From Hydrurus foetidus (Eukaryota), in NCBI GenBank assembly GCA_900617105.1, contig UYFQ01000789.1, positions 1 to 35,716 of the forward strand: 35,716 bases of DNA. The letters run 5' to 3'. The notes beneath the pieces were generated by a model. It was not told where the DNA came from and searched no databases. It worked only from the letters and a program-made list of their open reading frames with translations. Numbering within the stretch: the stretch's first letter is position 1; every line of letters starts with the position of its first letter. Positions 19,058-28,700 of this stretch are shown here, in pieces. The position numbers and the translations under genes are program-made.

Positions 19058-20755
19058 ATGCTGCTCTTCTCTCTTTACGCAGCTGGATTGCTGATCCAGG
19101 CCAGTGCGTACGGCAAATATGGATTCAATGGCTGGAAAAGCAGAGTAACCTCTTCTGGTATCTTACCTCCGAGGAGTTCAACGATATCTTCCGAGATCAG
19201 CATTTCTGACGCTCCAACAGATCCAAGAATCAAGAAAGTGGGTGTGGTCTTACTGGCGGGAGGAAAAGGGAAACGAATGAAGAGCACCGTACCGAAACAA
19301 TTTTTACCTTTGCTTGGGAAACCGGTATTTTTACGGAGTCTTGATATATTTCGATCGATGGAAGGAGTAGTGTCTGACATCGTCATCGTGCTCGATGAAA
19401 GCTATCGTGCGGAGTTCAATTACATTCTCCGAGAGGATCCGCGTATTTGTTGGGCTGACCCTGGAAATGAGAGACAAGACTCCGTTTTTAATGGTCTTCA
19501 TGCGATACCTGATACATGCTCAATTGTTGCGATTCACGATGCTGCGAGACCGTTGGTAACAGTCAAGGAGATTCTGAATGTCCTAAAAGATGGACTATTG
19601 CATGGTGCCGCCGTACTAGGAGTACCAATGAAGGCGACCGTGAAAGAATCTGAGGACGGTCAGTTCGTTTTGAGAACTGTGGAGAGAAGTCGATTGTGGG
19701 AAATTCATACCCCGCAGGTAGCATCGAAATCACTATTTCTAGAGGGATTCGCCAAAGTTAAAGCAGAGAATCTCGAAGTGACTGATGACGTCAGCGTGAT
19801 AGAGGCCTTAGGCAAACCAGTGAAGCTAACGTTAGGAGAGTACACAAATATTAAATTGACAACTCCCGACGATTTGCAAGTTGCAGAACAAGTTCTTCGT
19901 GAAAGAGGAGTTGAAGAGGTCACAGCTGCTGCACTTGTAGAAGAGGCTCAAATTGCGGTTGTTGAGGAGGTCACAGCTGCTGCACTTGTAGAAGAGGCTC
20001 AAATTGCGGTTGTTGAGGAGGTCACAGCTGCTGCACTTGTAGAAGAGGCTCAAATTGCGGTTGTCGAGGAGGTCACAGCTGCTGCACTTGTAGAAGAGGC
20101 TCAAATTGCGGTTGTTGAGGAGGTCACAGCTGCTGCACTTGTAGAAGAGGCTCAAATTGCAATTGTCGAGGAGGTCACAGCTGCTGCACTTGTAGAAGAG
20201 GCTCAAATTGCGGTTGTTGAGGAGGTCGCAGCTGCTGCACTTGTAGAAGAGGCTCAAATTGCGGTTGTTGAGGAGGTCACAGCTGCTGCACTTGTAGAAG
20301 AGGCTCAAATTGCGGTTGTTGAGGAGGTCACAGCTGCTGCACTTGTAGAAGAGGCTCAAATTGCGGTTGTTGAGGAGGTCACAGCTGCTGCACTTGTAGA
20401 AGAGGCTCAAATTGCGGTTGTTGAGGAGGTCGCAGCTGCTGCACTTGTAGAAGAGGCCCAAATTGCGGTTGTTGAGGAGGTCACAGCTGCTGCACTTGTA
20501 GAAGAGGCTCAAATTGCGGTTGTTGAGGAGGTCGCAGCTGCTGCACTTGTAGAAGAGGCTCAAATTGCGGTTGTCGAGGAGGTCACAGCTGCTGCACTTG
20601 TAGAAGAGGCTCAAATTGCAATTGTTGAGGAGGTCACAGCTGCTGCACTTGTAGAAGAGGCTCAAATTGCGGTTGTTGAGGAGGTCACAGCTGCTGCACT
20701 TGTAGAAGAGGTGAAAATTGCTGCTGCAGTCGTATCGCGTAAAATCTACTTTTGA
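19058..20755 (+). CDS. ispD: 2-C-methyl-D-erythritol 4-phosphate cytidylyltransferase (MEP pathway), plastid-targeted, with a long tandem-repeat C-terminal tail
   Basis: VLLAGGKGKRM, PKQFL, GNERQDSV, IHDAARP, LWEIHTPQ, VTDDVS, NIKLTTPDDL. First ATG at 19058 gives signal peptide MLLFSLYAAGLLIQASA-Y followed by an S/R-rich transit-like stretch. Confidence 0.93.
   Translation: MLLFSLYAAGLLIQASAYGKYGFNGWKSRVTSSGILPPRSSTISSEISISDAPTDPRIKKVGVVLLAGGKGKRMKSTVPKQFLPLLGKPVFLRSLDIFRSMEGVVSDIVIVLDESYRAEFNYILREDPRICWADPGNERQDSVFNGLHAIPDTCSIVAIHDAARPLVTVKEILNVLKDGLLHGAAVLGVPMKATVKESEDGQFVLRTVERSRLWEIHTPQVASKSLFLEGFAKVKAENLEVTDDVSVIEALGKPVKLTLGEYTNIKLTTPDDLQVAEQVLRERGVEEVTAAALVEEAQIAVVEEVTAAALVEEAQIAVVEEVTAAALVEEAQIAVVEEVTAAALVEEAQIAVVEEVTAAALVEEAQIAIVEEVTAAALVEEAQIAVVEEVAAAALVEEAQIAVVEEVTAAALVEEAQIAVVEEVTAAALVEEAQIAVVEEVTAAALVEEAQIAVVEEVAAAALVEEAQIAVVEEVTAAALVEEAQIAVVEEVAAAALVEEAQIAVVEEVTAAALVEEAQIAIVEEVTAAALVEEAQIAVVEEVTAAALVEEVKIAAAVVSRKIYF
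19913..20722 (+). repeat. Coding minisatellite: 51-bp unit (EEVTAAALVEEAQIAVV), 15 full copies plus 1 degenerate
   Basis: Units start at 19913, 19964 ... 20678 (period 51) and are near-identical. Confidence 0.97.
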
Positions 20756-21104
20756 AAGCGATCTCAGTAGATTAAAAAATTACATTTTTGAAAAGAATTA
20801 CTATCTCTGCTTATGAGGAGCATTTTGGTTAACCATGGACTACTAGATCAAATATGTGATTGTTAAGTATGAAACTGAGCTAAGCTACATGCCATTTTTA
20901 AGGAGGCGAATGACATATACTAGTCAAAATAATATTATCGCCGGTCAAAATATTATTATAAGGGAGCTGAAAATTGTGAATCCCACAACTTTCTTGCTGC
21001 CGAATCGATAGGAATTTCCGTCCAGGGCGGCGCTATCATCAAAGAACCAGGCAATTCTGCACATGGAACCCTCGCAGCGCTTGAAATGAAACAAAATCGA
21101 AGTT

Positions 21105-22094
21105 TTACAGATAGCCCAATGTGCCGTCTAGAGATCTGATGCTTTGCATGTCCGCATCGTCCAGGAACACCCGCATTGCTTCGTCCCGTATCCCGTTGCT
21201 GATCGGTCTCGCATTTTCGATTAGGTGGGGTCTGGTTGATGCTCGTGGAATTGCCACCACCTGCTCTTGGAGAAGCCAAGATAAAACCACATTGGACACA
21301 GTTGTGTCGTGCTTCAGAGCTATTTGGTTAAGGACTTTACTTGAGAACACAGGATTTTCGGCAAATTTCCCTTGCCACTGGGTTCCGAAGCTGGAATAAG
21401 CCATGTAAATAATGTTGTTTTCAGTTGCAAACTGACGCGTCTCGAAATCTTGATGGAAGGGATCCATCCAGTTTTGAACAATGGTCACTTTGGCTGTGGT
21501 AATCTCGAGCAGCTCCTCCAACCGTGCTTTATCAAAATTGGAGACTCCGACAGCTGAGATTTTCCCCATCTCCATCTGATCCACAAGATTTTTCCAACCG
21601 ACTTGCCATGAAATGGATTCTTCTTCCGGAGTGCAATGACCAGGCCAGCACGTTGGCGCATGTAGAAGCACTACGTCGAGAGTGGAGGTGGAATCGCCAT
21701 TGATTGAATTGCTCGATGCAAGCAGGGATGCTTCCATTTTCATCTTCTCGAAGGAGCGGGGATGGACTTTTGTGATGACAACAATTGATTCTTTATTGAC
21801 TTCAGGTGAAAAGCGGAGAAAATCTTGCATGCCTTCACCAACTCCTCGTTCATCATACCATTCCGGTGCCTGAGCAGTGTCTATAAGGCGCACTCCTGCT
21901 ATAAGCGAGGCGTGTGTAATGTGGGATGTTTGTGAACCGAGACCAGCTGTCCCGAGTCCTAGTCGTGGAATGCGGAGGCCAAGCGTAGATGATGGAAATG
22001 TCAATGAAATCAGTTGCCTGTTCTCCTCGACAACATCCACTGATGCAGCAGCTGCGCAGACAACAAGCAAGCCGAGAAAAATTGCTCTGGTCAT
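21105..22094 (-). CDS. Aldo/keto reductase family protein with N-terminal signal peptide
   Basis: IPRLGLGT, LIDTAQ...Y, ITKVHP, VVLLHAP (D-Y-K-H tetrad), AVGVSNF, AYSSFG, AIPRAS...HLIEN; hydrophobic N-terminus. Confidence 0.92.
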   Translation of the reverse strand: MTRAIFLGLLVVCAAAASVDVVEENRQLISLTFPSSTLGLRIPRLGLGTAGLGSQTSHITHASLIAGVRLIDTAQAPEWYDERGVGEGMQDFLRFSPEVNKESIVVITKVHPRSFEKMKMEASLLASSNSINGDSTSTLDVVLLHAPTCWPGHCTPEEESISWQVGWKNLVDQMEMGKISAVGVSNFDKARLEELLEITTAKVTIVQNWMDPFHQDFETRQFATENNIIYMAYSSFGTQWQGKFAENPVFSSKVLNQIALKHDTTVSNVVLSWLLQEQVVAIPRASTRPHLIENARPISNGIRDEAMRVFLDDADMQSIRSLDGTLGYL

Positions 22095-22328
22095 GGCACA
22101 ATTATTAATTATTCTTATCTCGAAGGAGGAAGTGAGTCGAAGGAAGGCTCCGTTGGACGTTGGACCAGTTTTGCGTAAATACCGTCTCCGAAACTATTAC
22201 GGGCTGGTGTCACCAAGAAAGGCAAAAAAAATCAAGCTATAACAGTTTTGAGTTTTAAGAATATTAGGTGGTGAAGCAGTCAGATTATGAGTGATTAGGC
22301 CTGTAGATTGGGAGCATGAATGCTCAAA

Positions 22329-24909
22329 TTAGTTCTCTTGCACGAAGCTACGGTCGATTTCCATGATGTTGCGATGAGTGCTTTGTTTCGTCCGCATGCG
22401 CTCTAAATCCTGATATGATGGAGCACTTGTTCCAACTCGAGATCCAAGAGCAATATAGAGACGTATGTAATCCCGTGCTCGTCTTTGAAATTTGAAGACT
22501 CGACTGATAGGTAGAATGATCTTACTCCGGCAGAGAGCCTTGACTCTCTCAATGAATTTTACGCCAGCCTCTAACTTCACTGCCGAATCGTTCTGTTTTC
22601 TTTGCTCGAACTTTAGCTTGCCCCAGCCATATTCGATGCCGCCTCCTGCAGTTTCTGGAGTGCATACGACAGAAGGTAGGAGAATATGGCCTCGAGATTC
22701 TACCGTTTGCTGCAGAGCGGTCTTTTCGTACTGGAAGTCTGGACACGATGCTAGTACAGCGTGTGCATCCAAGGCTGGAGAGATGATTCTGTGATTGTTC
22801 CCTTTCATCTCGAACTTTTCTCGGGCACTTTGTTTTTGTCTTCCGAGCATGTGTGGAACATATTTACCCCTCTCGTAAAGAATCTGTGATCATTGACAAA
22901 GTTGACTTAATTGTGCATGAGGATAGCAAATGATCTCAATGGCAGCTCACCTGAAATATCCCCTTGTTTTTACCAATATATCCAGGGTGCACATATTCTT
23001 CAGCGGCTTCCACGTCTGGACCAAGTGTGCTGTTGGAGGAATCCTTACGCTTTTTTCTCTTCGCCATTTCTTTGGCTTCTTCCTCCTCGTTCATTGGAAC
23101 ATCATGCGGTCGCGCATTTGGATCGAGGAATGGTGGAGGATCGCCTTCAACGAATATCATTCGCTGAATCATTCCTATCTGTAGCCGGCGCCCATTGATC
23201 AGAGGTACGTCTTCTCCGAGGCATCATTCCTCAATGATGGAATCTCGCTTCGGCGTGGTCTTCCCACCCCATCTTAAACCCATAGCATTTACCATCAAAC
23301 CGTTTGATTGTTCTTTTAGGTGATCAGAAGAATGATCAACCTCCAGCAGGATCTGCATGTCCGGATGCAGTATCTCAATGACGTTAATAAAATCGTTACA
23401 CTGAGCCTGAAATAGTGCACCATCCCAGTATCCTTCTTTGTTTTTACCGTATTGAAAGAAGACTAACCCAGGTGATTCTCCAGCCTCAATGGGCTTCAAC
23501 TCATTTGTCAGTGCTCTCTCAGTATTCACCACATCTATCTCCATTTGACTCAGCTGCAATCCGAATCCTCTCCACTCATCCCACACTGCGCTAAGCATCG
23601 TGCCTTGTCCCTCTGTTTTTGGTCTCAATTTAGATCTTCCAAGACATGTCCAATAGTGCGATGGCAGTGCATTCTGCTTGAAGACTGCCTCATCTTGGCC
23701 AAGGTGATACAACGGTGAGTTGCACTTGCAGATTGACTGATCATGTCTGTGTCGACACTTGAATAATGCCCATTCGGGAGTACCTATCGCGAAGAAGTAT
23801 TCACCTGGCCGTGCGTGAACTCGCAACATGCTCAACCTGTACTGCTCATGTGTGTCCTCATTGAGAAAATCGACGTGCACTTTTATCGTAGGGTGAGGGT
23901 CTTCCTCTGTTGCAATTGGAACAGCCGTCGGGAAGCCACCAGCTATCAATGCAGCACTTCTATTTTGGAGAGCCTCCGCAGTAGCTGACGATAGAGGAAT
24001 ATTGACCCATACCGGCAGTCGAAGTGAATGCAGCATCTGGTCGGGACCGTAGCGCTTCCTAAAATCTTCTTTAGTTTCGTCAGATTCGTGTGAGTCTGTA
24101 TAGTAACAAACCGATGCCTTCGTGTATTTACATCCATTCTTGATCATCCAACGATGGACAGTGCTCCTCGATAATGGTAGCAAATCACTCAATGCCTTTT
24201 TCCCTTTGTCACTTTCGGGAGGACTCGACTCTAGTATAAACATGAGATTCTTTCTGGCCTCGTCAACAGACAGATGCTTCTCGTTCTTCAAGTACAGCAC
24301 AAATCGTCTGGTGTAGTCATACTCATCAAGAAAATTTCTTCTCTCATAGCATCCGCGTAGATCTTCTTTGAATAGACCATACTCTTTGAATTCATTGTAC
24401 CACTTGCGAATTATGACTGCTGGTACCATTTTCTCTGATTCTAAATACACATCGTTCACAATAGATCCCATAGAGTTCTTTATTTTAAAGTCAATTTTTT
24501 TCTTCAGACTATCTGCGACACCGAGCTGCATCTCCGAGAACGTAGTAGCCGATTGTATTTGCTGTAAACATCCTTCGATGACTACCATTTCCTCTCTCGA
24601 TCGTTGGTTCAGCCGAAGACACACAGATAGAGTCATCATGGATTGCACTGACAGTCATGACATCTGCTCCTTCGATGTATTCTGCAACGTACACTCCTCT
24701 TTCTCCTTCTTACCCTCTTCGACGAACTTCGCTTTCATAAGTAAAGAAAAGATCTCGTTTTTGAAAAAGGCTTTTCTTAGCTTACTGATATGCAACTTTG
24801 CAGCTGCTATTGATGTCATCAGTAACTTAGTCCTCTCTCTCATATACTGCACCGCATTGTCTATAGTTTTTTCTTTGTCTTCATCCAATGGCGACTCCAG
24901 TCCTCTCAT
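22329..24909 (-). pseudogene. Decayed IS630/Tc1/mariner-related DDE transposase with one spliceosomal intron
   Basis: LSRSTVHRWM, YYTDSHE, GQDEAVF, PKTEGQG, YGKNKEGYW, VDHSSDH, KGIFQ|ILYERG, DFQYEKTALQ...RGH...PE...IEYGWGKLK. In-frame TGA at 24655 and 23224. TIRs not found. Confidence 0.72.
22884..22950 (-). other. 67-nt GT-AG intron in the transposase gene
   Basis: CAG|GTGAGC ... ATCACAG|ATT. Splicing joins the 22936-23172 and 22329-22850 frames and restores the KGxxQxLxERG motif. Confidence 0.8.
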
Positions 24910-25208
24910 AAGTAATAGATGACTCGTTCGTGGATCCCTACAAAAAGCTCTCTTTGAGCGCTCGCTGGCACACTCATCAGCGTATAAGGTGTCCTATGCT
25001 GCTCTAGACATAGGGACTGTATCTGACTGCCGTGAGGTCTTGCAGAATAAGTTTTATTTCCACCGCAGCATTCTCTTTACAGCTTTGCTAACGCATCCAT
25101 AACTGCCTCTTCTACGTTAGCGATGAGTAGCATTTCTGGAAGACTTCTGCCCCAGGTTTTTGACGAAAGTTGATAGTCGCTTCCCTGCATCAAGGTACCA
25201 GAGCAGAA

Positions 25209-25745
25209 TGTTGGAGATAGTATCTTAGAGTCCGTTCGGCAGAAACGGTGTTTTCAAACTCGAATGCAGAGTTTCGGGGAAATACAGCATAAATCGAAGT
25301 ACAGTAAAAAGTCGAATATGCAAAACTCTGCATTTTGATGGATACAGAGTTTTTTTCGGTGTGTCGAGCGCAAAGAAATAAATGGAAATATTCTGCATTG
25401 CAAGAATACAGTTTTTCTGCAGAGTTTTTCTGTGCCACCGAACGAACCCTTAGTATATGGCACGAACACAATCTGTGTACTCACGTATCCGTACATACGT
25501 ACGGATCATTACGTGTGAGCATATGTGACGACGATGATGAATGGACCCGAGCAATGTCTCTGTAGGATTGCATGTTGTCATTGCATTTAAATGGATTTGT
25601 GGACCGTATTGAGTAATACGGCACTGTCTAATTAACAAGTGATTACTGAAATTCCATCGCTTATTTCACGAGCCCTGGCCGAGTGATCTTCAGCAACTGT
25701 ACTGCGAGAGGCGTACGTAACTGTCAAACCAAAGATCCGTCAACA
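25209..25745 (+). repeat. Copia C 5' LTR (contains a MITE insertion)
   Basis: Matches 30340-30648 once 25228-25449 and one TTA are removed. Confidence 0.93.
25228..25449. mobile_element. 222-bp Tourist-like (PIF/Harbinger) MITE
   Basis: TIRs GAGTCCGTTCGG / CCGAACGAACCC (10/12), TSD TTA, absent from the sister LTR. Confidence 0.88.
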
Positions 25746-25754
25746 TAATTAGAC
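25746..25754 (+). promoter_or_regulatory. Copia C PBS-position sequence TAATTAGAC, complementary to its own LTR (25626-25634)
   Basis: Immediately after the LTR CA. Exact reverse complement GTCTAATTA inside the LTR. No TGG. Confidence 0.65.
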
Positions 25755-25770
25755 TGGCAGCGGCATTTCA

Positions 25771-28700
25771 ATGCCTCTCAAACGTGCCGCGGAAGCTTTT
25801 AAAAGGACAGAGGAGTGTATTATGCAATACGGCAAATATAACAACATCATCAAATGGAGAGAACATATGCAAACAGTAGTAACGGAACTATACGGGATCG
25901 TGGGGATGTTCTTCACCACTGACGTGAGATACGAGCTCCCGAGAGTTTCCTACAGAGACTATCCAGCTCGAGCTCTGAGGAGGACGAAGAGATAGTCGAG
26001 GGTCAAGCAGAGCCAGTACCTGACCCAGAGGCCGCAGCATACGCCGCTGCGAGACCGGCACGCATCGCCGCTAGACTGGCGAGAAACGAGAGGAGACGTA
26101 AATCATCAGAACGCTTGCGAACGAAATATAAGGAAGACGACTACATCCAAAGAAAGAGGGACCTCAAAACACAACGCGAGAACGAACGTACGATGTACCC
26201 TATGATGTGGAAGCGCATGTCGCTCATGTCCCAGAGTAGGGTACGGGAGGAGGAAGAGTACAAAACGGAATACCTTACTTTGGACTGCGTACTTCTATGG
26301 ACACTGATAAGGAAGACTCACCTTACACACATGTTCGGTGACAACGCCACACTGAAAGAATTCAACCAACACGAGCAGGAGAGTAAGTACGGGTCACTCA
26401 GGCAAGGCGAGAAAGAGCACATCGTCACATTCAAGAATAGGTTCGACGATTAGGTAGCAGCAAATCTTGCCGTGGGGATAGCACTCGTGTCAGAGTCGAA
26501 GAGGGCACTCGACTTTCTAGGAAAGCTCGACACAAGGAGATAAAAGACCATGAAGAAAGATGCACTACGCCGGAAGCCCGGTGCGTTTCCGACCACACTC
26601 GCCTCAGCCTTCCACATCGCATCCCAATGGAACGACGGGGGTGTCATGTCCACACCCACAACACCACCGCGCCTTGCCTGAGTGACCCGTACTTACTCTC
26701 CTGCTCGTGTTGGTTGAATTCTTTCAGTGTGGCGTTGTCACCGAACATGTGTGTAAGGTGAGTCTTCCTTATCAGTGTCCATAGAAGTACGCAGTCCAAA
26801 GTAAGGTATGCCGTTTTGTACTCTTCCTCCTCCCGTACCCTACTCTGGGACATGAGCGACATGCGCTTCCACATCATAGGGTACATCGTACGTTCCACAC
26901 CCACAACGCTGCGTACGTTACCGACGAAGGTGCACACGTCACAATGACTAAGGACCAGGAAAAGAAAGCGGGGAAAGCCGGGGGGTGAACAAGAAATCCC
27001 TAGCTGATGTCGAATGTTTCAAATGTGAAACGAAGGGGCACTACGCCAGGAACTGTCCGCAAAGATAACCATCAGCAGATGAAGTACACGTAACGGTGGC
27101 GGAATCGGACAGCGAGTATGAGGGCGAGTCAAGCGAATGGGGAGTAGCACTCGTAACAGCTGTTGAGAGATGTTGCTTCACTCAATACGTCGTGCTACTG
27201 GACAACGAGGCTTCGTTGAACATTTTTAAGAACGCGGAGCTACTGACCGACTAGAGAAAGACAGAGAGATCGATCAATGTCAGTGGGATTCAGCAGGGAG
27301 GAGGGGTGTGCGTCGACCGAGAAGGAGAATTCGGGGAGTTTGGGACGGTTTACTACAGTGGATCTGCCTCCGCCAATATTCTTTCATTCGCTTCGCAAGT
27401 CGATGCAGGAGCAACAATCAGATACGACCACCTGAACGACTGCTTCACTCTTCAGCCGAAGGGAAGCACTAGGATATATCGCTTTGGGAGGAAGCGAGTC
27501 ATTGGAAGCGAGGGTCGCTTCTACTCCTGTGACTGGAGAGAAGTGGAGCTGGAGAAAGCCCTAGTGACTACGGTGGTTGAAAATTTGAAGGCGTTCAAGA
27601 AACGCGAGATAGTGCAAGCAAGACGTGCTCGTGAATTACTAGCAAGAATGGGCTTCCCGACAGTGGAACAAGTGATGTCTATCATCAACAGCGGGAGCAA
27701 CTTCGACGTGACGGCAAGGGACTTTCAGATCGCGGACGCGATATGGGGGAAGGATGTCACTTCGCTGAAAGGGAAAACAACCAAGCGAGCTACAGCAGTC
27801 GCTGATATCACCATCAGCACGAAAATCGCACAAAGAGATCAGGTGCTTTCGATCGATGTTATGTTCTTAGACAAATTATCTATACTAGTTGGGATAGCTA
27901 CTCCGTTGGGACTAACCATAGCGTACGGTCTTAACACAGCCGATCTGAAGAAACCAGCAAGGACGGCAGCTCAAGTCAAAGTCGGGATCAATCATTTCCT
28001 CGGAGTGCTCGCCTCCCAGAACTTCAGGACCTCCGTGATTATGAGCGACGGCGAGGGCGCAGTCACGAGCCTTGTCGACGAATTGGGGAAAGTCGGAGTC
28101 GAAGTAGATGTGAGTGGAGCGGGAGGCCACGTAGCTAGGATTGAAAGAAGAATTCGAGTAATTCAAGAAAGAGTTCGATCTCACGTGGCGTATCATTTCC
28201 CATTTACTTTGTCGACCGTGGGCATAGCTATGTGTGTGATGTACTGTGTCTCGAGGCTGAACTATGAACCGGCTGGGTTACGGGAATGGGGCCCCAGCCC
28301 CCGCGAGGCCTTCATAGGGAGAAAGCCGGATGGAAAGAGAGATTTCCGCTGTTCTTTTGGGGATTATGCACAGTGCACTGTGCCAAACACAGACGCGGGT
28401 CTCAAGGGTCGAACCGAAAACTGTGTTGTGATGCTCCCACTTGGAAATAGGACTGGTAGCGTGAGAATGCTATCACTCAGAACAGGACGGCTAGTCAATA
28501 GGGATCAGTTCCGAATATTACCGATGCCAGAGTCAGTTATAAAGCGACTGAATGAACTAGCGCTTGCCGACGGGAGAGTGAAGGGGAAGGGTGAGCTGTA
28601 CACACGACCCCCTTCGTAAGAGCAGGGCGGTGATGCAAGGAAGGGATTACCGGACCATCAACAATGGAGTCGATTCATCGATCCCACCATTAGAGAACGA

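Noticed and set aside
19832..20665. 277-aa antisense ORF with repeated CSSC (CxxC) motifs
   Set aside because: Shadow of the 51-bp ispD repeat; a stop-free unit stays open automatically, and the start is non-ATG.
19913..20722. Possible CRISPR array
   Set aside because: Head-to-tail repeats with no unique spacers, in frame within a eukaryotic gene.
26644..26937. Separate minus-strand gene duplicating a Gag peptide
   Set aside because: Explained by the 226-bp inverted duplication.
27066..27068. TAA between the Copia C zinc knuckle and protease as a programmed readthrough site
   Set aside because: The element has many other nonsense codons, so it cannot be distinguished from decay of a single ORF.
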